DNA of 64,000 nt from Eledone cirrhosa (lineage: Eukaryota): positions 284,766,001-284,830,000 of the forward strand of contig OZ024743.1 in the NCBI GenBank assembly GCA_964016885.1, given 5' to 3'. Positions within the stretch are counted from its first letter, which is position 1, and each line of letters opens with the position of its first letter. The position numbers were made by a program, and so were the translations under genes. Of this stretch, positions 1 to 12,315 are shown one piece after another. The notes under the pieces were generated by a model, which was not told the origin of the DNA, did no database searches, and saw nothing but the letters and a program-made list of their open reading frames with translations.

Positions 1-384
<384 letters not shown>

Positions 385-464
385 CATGTTTATTTATATG
401 TTTATTTATATGTTAATCAATTTCTAGTTATTATAAAATGCTCGGACCTACTCGTTACAATCTT

Positions 465-3295
465 AGATGTGTATACGATGGATATTAATACTTACAATAG
501 CTTCATACGGAAATAATTACATAGGAAATACAAAAAAACTAATGAGGCGGCACTGATTAACATCAACAACGAGGCACACAATATAGTCAAACACCTAGGA
601 ATAGACGACAGAACGGAGCCACTTCGGCCATGTACCCCCACATTTAATCTCAAGGACCACAAGGTAAATTTTTATTATAACCCCACAATTAGACTTATAT
701 GCCCGTCCAAATCGGACATCGGGAAAATTAGTAAACATATATTAGACAGAGTGATAGCACAAATGAAGAATAAACTAGTGATTAAACTATGGGGTAACGC
801 TACCGAAACAATTAAGTGGTTTAACAATATAGCTAACAAAAAAGTGCCTAAGTTTATACAATTCGACATTAACGACTATTACTCCTCTATATCCCCCAAC
901 ACCTTGAATAAAGCCTTAGCATTCACCAAAGCCAATTCTGACCTAACAAACGACGAGATAAAATTTATATTAGCTTCTAGGAAAACAATAATTAAATTTG
1001 AAAACGCCTATTGGGAACTTGAGGATAGATTAAATAACTTTGACATCACGATGGGGGCTAACGACTCAGCTCAAGTCACAGATTTAGTAGGTATTTATAT
1101 AGCCCATAGTTTACAGAGTGAGTTTAGCGATCTTCACGGTGGAATCTACAGAGACGACACCCTTCTCCTAGTTAAGAAGCTAAATAACCAGAGCATAGAA
1201 AGACTCCCTAAGAATATTAGAAAGACTCTCGGAAAACTAGGCCTTAGCATAACGTATGAGTATAGCACTAAAATAATTAACTTTCTAGACGCAACGCTTA
1301 ACCTAAATACGGGACTTATAAGACCTTTTCACAAGATTAATGAAAACTTAGCATACATCAACTGTAACTCAAACCACCCACTATCCATAATTAAATCCAT
1401 TCCACGCAGCATATCCCTTAGGATCTCCCGCCTCTCGTCTAACCAACAAATCTCCGAGGAACATGCAAAATACTACAATACCGCACTAGACAAGGCAGGC
1501 TACTTAGATAGAGTAGAATATATAGATGATAGCCTCCGCAAAGCGAACACGCATAACACAAACTCCAGAAACACACGCACACACGCATTTACGGATAGAA
1601 CTACAAATTATACTGTAAATAGAAATACAACATCGAAATCAAACAAGTCACGCAGTAGAAAATATATTTGGTATAACCACATATTTAACACCTCTATTAG
1701 TACTAACCTACCCTCTACCTTCTTTAGAATAATAAATAAGCACTTTCCAAATTCATATAGATACAGCAAAATTCTTAACACTAAATCTATTAGACTATCT
1801 TACTCCACAGCACCAAACATAGAGGTACACATTAAGATACTTAACGCTAAAAAGATACATAACACCAGAACACAAATTTATAACAATAACAATACAATCA
1901 CCATTGAACACAACAGAATATCTAATACACAACCACCCACTAATAGGCAAACAAAACGTAACACACTTGTACAGGCATCGCAGCCCACCAATAATGCCAA
2001 AGTTACCCATGACAAGAATTGTAACTGCCACCTACCTGAAACCTGTCCATTACATAATGAATGTATGCAGTCTAACCTGGTTTACCAATGCACAGTAGAA
2101 TCAGACAACCAGAAATGGTATTACATCGGAGCGACTGGGAATACATTTAAAGCCCGTTGGTTATACAATGAAACATTCCCAACATCGTTATGTAACTACC
2201 CTTGCAAACAAGACTTGGCAACTGAGGGAAAGTAACCCTCAATACACCCTGAAGTGGAAAAAATTATCGAACGTGCTCCTATATCGGAGTGGTACGAGAA
2301 GCTGTCGATTATGTGACCTTGAGCAGTTCCACATTTTGAGTTCGAAGAATAAGTTACTCAACAATAATATCGAAAGATCAATTTATTGTAACCATAGACT
2401 CAAAGAAAAGTTTTCGCACTACAAGTGCAAATCGAACCCTTAACCTCTTACTACCACCTGACAAACTGCATATACTTAGACTTTTTACCCTCTTATTGTA
2501 TCTAACCTCTTTAATTACCCACAAAAACCAATACCTATATCCCTCCCTTCTCCTTCATTCCTTTTCTATTTCTTTTTGTTTTCTTCCTTTCTTCTCTTGC
2601 CCTTTTGGCTATCTTTTCTTTTCTTCTTTCTCCCCCCTTCCTTATTTTTATTTTTATTTTTTATATATATATTTATCTCTCTATATCCCCCCCCCCTCTC
2701 TCTCTCTCTCTCCATCCCTCCCACTATAAACAATTTTTTTCCCTTTAACTCACTACACTCTAAAACAACGACATGAAGTCTACTATCAAAACTGATCAAG
2801 GAACCATTCCACCTCTACCCCTCCCACCATCTCAGTTTGTCACTCTACTTCCTAACTCTTCTCCCCCTTTCTCTCTCTCTCTCTATACTATTCCGTGTGT
2901 CCCTCCACTTTCTAATTCCTCTTCCTCTCTCTCTACACTAGTAAATACAATTCCAAAAAAATGTTTTTCTCTATATATTAAGAACTTTTTCAAGAGTAAC
3001 TTACTCACTATTTTGAAAATTTGGACGTGAACAACAATTATCATTGAGTGGCTGCTATTTGCAGTATAGCAATATAAGGTTGCACTTACCAATGAAACGG
3101 TTGTAAATACCTGGATAAAATCCTTTTTCTTAATGCTTACCTGTGTTTTCTCTTTTATACTTTATACTCCAAGATTGAACGGAATTCTTACAAACTTGTG
3201 CAGTTACCCCTAACCGTACGTTGAAACCGTCCATGAAACTGGCTTTCTTAACCACGAACTGGATCACAATAAGCAATTTCTTGCTTCCCTAACTA
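465..3295 (+). mobile_element. Penelope-like retroelement (RT plus C-terminal GIY-YIG), 5'-truncated, frameshifted, flanked by (TA)n
   Basis: The frame of ORF 751-2235 is open from ~517 (LKDHK, RLICPSKSDIGKISK). It has PLE RT motifs QFDINDYYSSI, FDITMGANDSAQVTDLVG, YRDD, NFLDATLNL and YINCNSNHP. A CNC-x5-CPL-x3-C linker precedes LVYQC...YYIGATG. The GIY-YIG continues after a frameshift in 2168-2443 (CRLCDLE...LLN...CNHR). A CT-rich 3' UTR follows. Confidence 0.92.
517..2443 (+). pseudogene. Penelope-like RT/GIY-YIG polyprotein, disrupted (stop at 514-516, frameshift near 2160)
   Basis: ORFs 751-2235 and 2168-2443 join into one RT-EN protein. Confidence 0.88.
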
Positions 3296-3296
3296 A

Positions 3297-3339
<43 letters not shown>

Positions 3340-3676
3340 AATACATATATATATATATACATATATATATAAATACATATATATATATACATATATATAT
3401 ACATATAAATACATATATATATATACATATATATATAAATACATATATATATATACATATATATATACATATAAATACATATATATATATACATATATAT
3501 ATATATACATATATATACATATATATACATATATATACATATATATATATACATATACATATATACATATATATACATATATATATATATACATATACAT
3601 ATATACATATATACATATATATACATATATATACATATATATACATATATATACATATATACATATATATATATAC
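3296..3676. repeat. (TA)n-derived microsatellite
   Basis: Direct reading. Confidence 0.97.
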
Positions 3677-3841
3677 ACTACTGCTCTAACAGACGACAAG
3701 GACTTCCTAATCATTGCAGGAGATTTTAACGGACACGTAGGTAAACACTGCGACGGCTTCAATAGAGTACATGGAGGCCATGGAGTTGGCACAAGGAATG
3801 AGGAAGGATTCAGACTTCTAGAATTCTGCGACGCCAATGAC

Positions 3842-6337
3842 ATGTCGATATGTAACACAAACTTTAAAAAACCCGACAACCACCTGATCACCTATAGATC
3901 AGGGGAGCACTCTAGTCAGTTAGATTTTATCCTCATCAGAGGACGTGACAGATGGACGGTTGTAAACACAAAAGCCTTCCCTAGTGAGGAATGTACATCC
4001 CAACATAGCTTAGTTGTCAGCGACCTCACGGTCAGAACTAGACGAGCCCTGAAACAGAGGCCAACCTGGAGAAGAAAGATCTGGAAGCTGAAAGTCCCCT
4101 CAACCAGTAACAGATTTAAAGATATTTTACTCAACGCCTACGACAGTAAAGAAGAACAGATAGAGACATTTAACGTAGAAGAGAACTGGGAGTTCCTAAA
4201 AAATAACTTACTAGAGGCGACGGATGAGGTTTGTGGCTGGAGTAAGACCTCAAGCAGGAGGAGAGTGACTTGGTGGTGGAACAATAAGGTAGATGAAGCA
4301 GTCAAGGCCAAGAGACAGGCATGGAAAGAATGGAAGAACGGGGGGAGCAGGGTACATTACATAGAGACCAAGAGGGAAGCTAGGCGACAAGTATACTTAG
4401 CTAGGAGGGAAGCAGAGGATAGAAAATTCAAGCATGTTTTACAACGTGAGGACCAGAAACAGGAGGTATTCAAGATTGCGAGGCAGTGTGTCAGAGATAG
4501 TTGTGATGTCATTGGAGAGAAGTGTATCCGGAATGATAAAGGTGAGCTTGCCCTCACAAGTGCTGAGAAGAAAGATGCATGGAAGAGTCATTATGATAGA
4601 TTACTAAATGAGGAGAATGCATGGGAAGAAGAGACCCTACCCCACGTAGACCCTATAGAGGGACCAGCAGTACAAGTCAGCGGCAGCGTAGTAAGTAAGG
4701 CAATCAGAGATATGAAGATAGGGAAGGCAACCGGTCCATCGGGTATAGCTGCCGAGATGCTGAAGGCATCTGGGTCTGTAGGTCACACTATAACCACACG
4801 TATCGTTAACCAGGTAATACTAGAGGGGGCCATACCAAAAGATTGGTGCAGTAGCATCATTGTCAACTGCTACAAAGGTAAAGGCGATGCACTAGATAGA
4901 GGAAACTATAGAGGTATAAAGTTGATGGACCAGGTCATGAAAGTAACAGAAAGAGTTATAGCACAGCTGATTAGGGACCGGGTGAATATAGACGAGATGC
5001 AATTTGGGTTTGTTCCAGGGAAAGGCACCACTGATGCGCTCTTCCTTGTGAGGCAATTACAGGAAAAGTACCTAGCTAAAAGTAAGCCACTCTACTTGGC
5101 ATTTGTCGACCTTGAGAAAGCCTTTGACAGAGTTCCACGTGCAGTAATCTGGTGGGCTCTTAGAAAACTAGGAGTAGATGAATGGCTTGTGAAAGCGGTA
5201 CAAGCCATGTATAGGGGAGCAGTCAGCAAAGTTAGGATTGGCAATGAGTATAGCGAGGAATTTAGCGTACAGGTTGGGGTCCACCAGGGCTCTGTTCTTA
5301 GCCCTCTCCTGTTCATCATAGTCCTGCAGGCAATAACGGAGGAGTTTAAGACCGGATGCCCATGGGAACTCCTGTATGCTGATGACCTCGCACTCATAGC
5401 TGAATCTATGGTAGAACTAGAGAATAAATTCCAAACCTGGAAGCAGGGACTAGAGAGAAAGGGCCTCAAAGTCAACATGACAAAGACTAAGGTCCTTATA
5501 AGTAGACGAGAAAACAGAACCCAGATCCCCTCAGGGAAATGGCCTTGCTCAGTATGTAGGAAAGGTGTAGGTAGGAACTCCATTCTTTGCCCCAAATGCA
5601 AACAATGGGTACACAAGAGATGTAGCGGGATCTCAGGAAGCTTAATTAAGAATGTAGGATTCACATGCAGCAGCTGTGCTGAAACAGCAAGCAAACAGCC
5701 ACAGGAAACAAGTACCACCAATCTCTGGGAGGGCCCTGTAGAAACAGTAGACAGCTTCTGCTACCTAGGTGACCGAATTAGCAACGGAGGTGGGTGCTCA
5801 GAAAGTACAATAACTAGGGTAAGAACGGGATGGAAGAAGTTTAGGGAACTACTACCACTGCTAGCTGCAAAAGGCTTCTCCCTCAGAATGAAAGGCAGAC
5901 TGTATGATGCGTGTATCCGAACAGCGATGTTGCATGGTAGTGAGACCTGGGCGCTGAAGGTGGAAGACTTACGTAGATTAGAGAGAAACGAAGCCTGCAT
6001 GCTCCGATGGATGTGTAACAGTAATATACGTGAACGACAAAGCATAAATGAATTGAGAGAGAGACTGAGCATAAGAGGAATCAAATGCTGCGTGCAGGAG
6101 AGGCGGTTACGCTGGTATGGACATGTGATGCGTATGAAGGATGACAGCTGCATAAAAAGGTGCAGAGCACTAGAAGTTGATGGAAACCGCGGAGTGGGGA
6201 GACCCAAGATGACTTGGGATGAGGTGATAAAAGCCGACCTTACCCAACTACACCTCTCAAAGTCAATGACACACGACCGTGACTTCTGGCGTCACGCAGT
6301 AATACAGGGTACCCGACCTCCCATGGGTACATGCTGA
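3842..6337 (+). CDS. RTE LINE ORF: partial APE endonuclease, reverse transcriptase and PHD finger
   Basis: Motifs include GDFNGHVG (upstream, in frame), [40 protein letters not shown], a C4HC3 finger, [11 protein letters not shown] and GRPKMTW. Confidence 0.93.
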   Translation: MSICNTNFKKPDNHLITYRSGEHSSQLDFILIRGRDRWTVVNTKAFPSEECTSQHSLVVSDLTVRTRRALKQRPTWRRKIWKLKVPSTSNRFKDILLNAYDSKEEQIETFNVEENWEFLKNNLLEATDEVCGWSKTSSRRRVTWWWNNKVDEAVKAKRQAWKEWKNGGSRVHYIETKREARRQVYLARREAEDRKFKHVLQREDQKQEVFKIARQCVRDSCDVIGEKCIRNDKGELALTSAEKKDAWKSHYDRLLNEENAWEEETLPHVDPIEGPAVQVSGSVVSKAIRDMKIGKATGPSGIAAEMLKASGSVGHTITTRIVNQVILEGAIPKDWCSSIIVNCYKGKGDALDRGNYRGIKLMDQVMKVTERVIAQLIRDRVNIDEMQFGFVPGKGTTDALFLVRQLQEKYLAKSKPLYLAFVDLEKAFDRVPRAVIWWALRKLGVDEWLVKAVQAMYRGAVSKVRIGNEYSEEFSVQVGVHQGSVLSPLLFIIVLQAITEEFKTGCPWELLYADDLALIAESMVELENKFQTWKQGLERKGLKVNMTKTKVLISRRENRTQIPSGKWPCSVCRKGVGRNSILCPKCKQWVHKRCSGISGSLIKNVGFTCSSCAETASKQPQETSTTNLWEGPVETVDSFCYLGDRISNGGGCSESTITRVRTGWKKFRELLPLLAAKGFSLRMKGRLYDACIRTAMLHGSETWALKVEDLRRLERNEACMLRWMCNSNIRERQSINELRERLSIRGIKCCVQERRLRWYGHVMRMKDDSCIKRCRALEVDGNRGVGRPKMTWDEVIKADLTQLHLSKSMTHDRDFWRHAVIQGTRPPMGTC

Positions 6338-6369
6338 AGCATATAAACAATATGCCCCCCCCCCCCCCC

Positions 6370-6622
6370 CCACCGCAAGGTGGTCGTGGAGGTGCCACGG
6401 CAAAAAAGCACCCAGCCCACACTGTAAAGTGGACGTGTAGGCGCCACGAAAAAGCACCCAGCACTCACTGTAAATGAGGTTGGTGTTAGGAAGGGCATCC
6501 AGCTGTAGAAATCAAGCCAGATCAGTTCCTGTATGAGCAAGGCATGGTCAGCCGACCAGACACTGCCCACAACAGGACAACCCGTCTAACCCATGCTAGC
6601 GTGGAAGAACGGACGTAAAACG
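6370..6622 (+). ncRNA. Structured RTE 3' UTR: tandem hairpin plus H-type pseudoknot modules and terminal stem-loop
   Basis: CCACC-GCAA-GGTGG hairpin, then GTCGTG-GA-GGTGC-CACGGC-AAAAAA-GCACC. A second module follows ~47 nt later. Compensatory changes are visible between copies. Confidence 0.65.
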
Positions 6623-6648
6623 GTGATGATGATGATGATGATGATGAT

Positions 6649-7540
<892 letters not shown>

Positions 7541-7572
7541 CATATATATATATATATTTACATATATACACA

Positions 7573-7646
<74 letters not shown>

Positions 7647-7772
7647 TGTGTATATATGTAAATATATATATATATATATATGTGTTGTTCCGAAGGACTG
7701 GACTAGCAGCATCATCGTTAACCTTTATAAGGGTAAAGGAGATGCCCTAGATAGGAGTAACTATAGAGGCAT

Positions 7773-8251
<479 letters not shown>

Positions 8252-8262
8252 AATATATATAC

Positions 8263-8406
<144 letters not shown>

Positions 8407-8621
8407 GTCAAAAATGTACATCTACATATGCATACTGAAATACTAGTGTGTATATGAATACACACACGTATACATATGTAGGTGTAACAAGTCTTTCACT
8501 GGTTGCTTTACTGTGACCACCCAGCTATTCCGTATGTAAACACACAGACAAACCGGTTTTTAGAGTCATACTGGTTTTCGGGGGAACACCTTCCCTCTAT
8601 TCTCCAGAAAGCCAGACAAGG

Positions 8622-8666
8622 AATATTGAACTAGTTTCGTTGTTGTTACAACTCATCAGCAATATT
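8622..8666 (-). ncRNA. Minimal type I hammerhead ribozyme
   Basis: Exact reverse complement of the 9140-9184 motif. Confidence 0.88.
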
Positions 8667-8751
8667 TACCTATCTACCGGCCCTTCTGGAGAATTGTAAA
8701 AGCACATATCGTTATATGCTTTTTCTATGAAAATTAGTAGTGGGCAGACTA

Positions 8752-8759
8752 ATTTGCAT
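8752..8759 (-). promoter_or_regulatory. Octamer motif ATGCAAAT about 86 nt upstream of the hammerhead
   Basis: Perfect ATTTGCAT on the + strand. The same arrangement occurs in the 54243 unit. Confidence 0.4.
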
Positions 8760-9139
8760 AGAGTGTGAGTACGCACCGGTTCAGCGGAGACGATAAAAAC
8801 AAATAACGAAACGAAATTAAATTTCGTTTCGTTTGTAACTCACTTTTGTATGACTGACGCTTAAACAATTAAGTCAAAAATGTACATCTACATATGCATA
8901 CTGAAATACTAGTGTGTATATGAATACACACACGTATACATATGTAGGTGTAACAAGTCTTTCACTGGTTGCTTTACTGTGAGCACCCAGCTATTCCGTA
9001 TGTAAACACACAGACAAACCGGTTTTTAGAGTCATACTGGTTTTCGGGGGAACACCTTCCCTCTATTCTCAATTTTCATAGAAAAAGCATATAACGATAT
9101 GTGCTTTTACAATTCTTCAGAAGGGCCGGTAGATAGGTA

Positions 9140-9184
9140 AATATTGCTGATGAGTTGTAACAACAACGAAACTAGTTCAATATT
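9140..9184 (+). ncRNA. Minimal type I hammerhead ribozyme
   Basis: AATATTG-CTGATGA-GTTGT(AACA)ACAAC-GAAA-CTAG-TT-CAATATT. This gives a 7-bp stem I, canonical core, 5-bp stem II and palindromic stem III (AACTAGTT), with predicted cleavage after GUU at 9177. Confidence 0.9.
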
Positions 9185-9677
9185 CCTTGTCTGGCTTTCT
9201 GGAGAATAGAGGGAAGGTGTTCCCCCGAAAACCAGTATGACTCTAAAAACCGGTTTGTCTGTGTGTTTACATACGGAATAGCTGGGTGCTCACAGTAAAG
9301 CAACCAGTGAAAGACTTGTTACACCTACATATGTATACGTGTGTGTATTCATATACACACTAGTATTTCAGTATGCATATGTAGATGTACATTTTTGACT
9401 TAATTGTTTAAGCGTCAGTCATACAAAAGTGAGTTACAAACGAAACGAAATTTAATTTCGTTTCGTTATTTGTTTTTATATATATATATATATACATATT
9501 TGTTTAATATTTTATCTTGACTCTGTATACCGTTTATCTTTCACCGAAAGTGGTTTTTCATTACATCTCTTCTTTCCATGATATCCGGAATACATTGAGT
9601 TCTTCATACGGATTGGACACTACCGTAAACTCTTGGTAGATTTATCTACATATATATATATATATATATACATATAG

Positions 9678-9708
<31 letters not shown>

Positions 9709-9749
9709 GATATATATATACATATAGATATATATATATATATACATAT

Positions 9750-10761
<1,012 letters not shown>

Positions 10762-12059
10762 TATATATATATGACTATTCAAATAGAACTTAAAACGATA
10801 AGTTCTTGTTTTTTGGATATGTCACTATTTATAAAACAACTTTTGTATTTTATATATATTTATTCATATTTTTTCCTAGGAACTTCATAATAGATCTATG
10901 AGTATTAGGTTGAATGGATTATGGTATTCTAGTATGGTTTTTCATTTTTCTCAAATCAAGATCCTCCCAAGGTCAACTTGGCCTTTTTTTCCTCATAGGG
11001 TTAATAAATTACATGTTCTGTCAATTTTTACTAAAGCTGAATGTTTGTGATATAAGGGATGACTAATACTTCATAGGGAAAAAAAAAAGGATCTGTGTGT
11101 TTAAATTCCCTATAGGCTCATTGTGTTTGTTTGTAGGATATTTATTTCTATATTCTTCAATTCACCTTGCTGTTGGAAATAGGTTTCAGATATTCTGAGA
11201 TAAGCAAATAAAATATCCAGCAGGCAATTTATCTCTTATCTGCCTTGAAATAGGAGTTAATTATTTGCCTTTATGAGACATTTTATATTATTTTCTTAAG
11301 TTGTCAGATTAACCCTGCTCCATCTCTTTTTGTTGTATTTTCCCAATTCGTTTTTCTTTTATTCTAATTATGTATCATCATCATCATCATTATCAATTTT
11401 ATGTCTCCTCTTTTATGCTGGCATGGATTGAACAAGACTCAAGGCAAAATTCTGCAGCTGGATGCTTTTCTGATGCAAACCCTCTCTTGTTTTTTTAAGT
11501 AAGGTATAGATCTTTGCATGCAGGTATAGACCCTTCAGCAGTAGGATGTCTGTTTATGCTAAATGTAAACAAATATTATTGCCTGTGATCTCAAATGCAA
11601 AGAGAAGAAAAGGGACAGACAATCACACAGATACACATATATACGTCTATCAACCTATCTCTCTCTCTTTCTCAATCTTATTTTTCATTCTTCCATATAC
11701 TGTACCAATATATAATCATATCTATATATATAATCATCATCATCATAGTTTTTACATCCACTTTTCTATGCTAACATGGGTTTGGACATGTTGTTTTAAG
11801 ACAATATTTTACAGCTGGATGCCCTTTCTGATGCCAACCTTTTCAGTCACCTCTTACAACATGATGTACCTATTTTAAAAACTGGGATGGTAGGATATGG
11901 CCCCATAACTCTGACGTTTCTTAGGGCTTTTTAAATCTGACAGAGTCCATCCCCTCTTGATGCCTGAGTACAACAAATTTCTTCCAGTGAAGGAGAGTGA
12001 GAAAATGGAAGTGAGAAAGGGATATAGATTTCTTTTGCTGTGTGTATTCTGGTTTTTAG

Positions 12060-12272
12060 AATAGCTAAGCCATTTGGTGCCATGGTCAGGATTTTACCTA
12101 TATATATATATATCCATGTGATGGACATGAGAATGAGTACTCAATACCGAACTAGAGTTTAAATACCCTTTATTATGGCTTAGTGATATGTCTTGTTATT
12201 CTGGAATTTCACCTGTGTACCTGTGGGTACACATGTAAAACTCCAAAGTAACAAGACTCATCACTTACTCAT
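12060..12272. repeat. Unclassified interspersed repeat with a ~90-bp terminal fold-back; inverted homologue at 16058-16205
   Basis: 12075-12220 is a diverged reverse complement of 16058-16205. 12181-12268 forms a hairpin. Confidence 0.65.
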
Positions 12273-12315
12273 ATTAAAGACCATATATATATGTATATAT
12301 ATATATATATATATA

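Larger units (their letters stand above)
3677..6648 (+). mobile_element. RTE-clade LINE, family A, 5'-truncated in the APE domain, young
   Basis: Uninterrupted frame from ~3677 to 6337, followed by a structured 3' UTR and (GAT)n tail at ~6623-6648. Confidence 0.96.

Noticed and set aside
751-2443. Selenoprotein-type (Naiad) Penelope or programmed frameshift
   Set aside because: GIY-YIG is C-terminal, no in-frame TGA sits at Cys positions, and the frameshift looks like a simple deletion.
3030-3115. Possible hammerhead in the Penelope 3' UTR (GAAAC-GGTT-GTA)
   Set aside because: No CTGANGA core and no convincing stems I and II could be placed.
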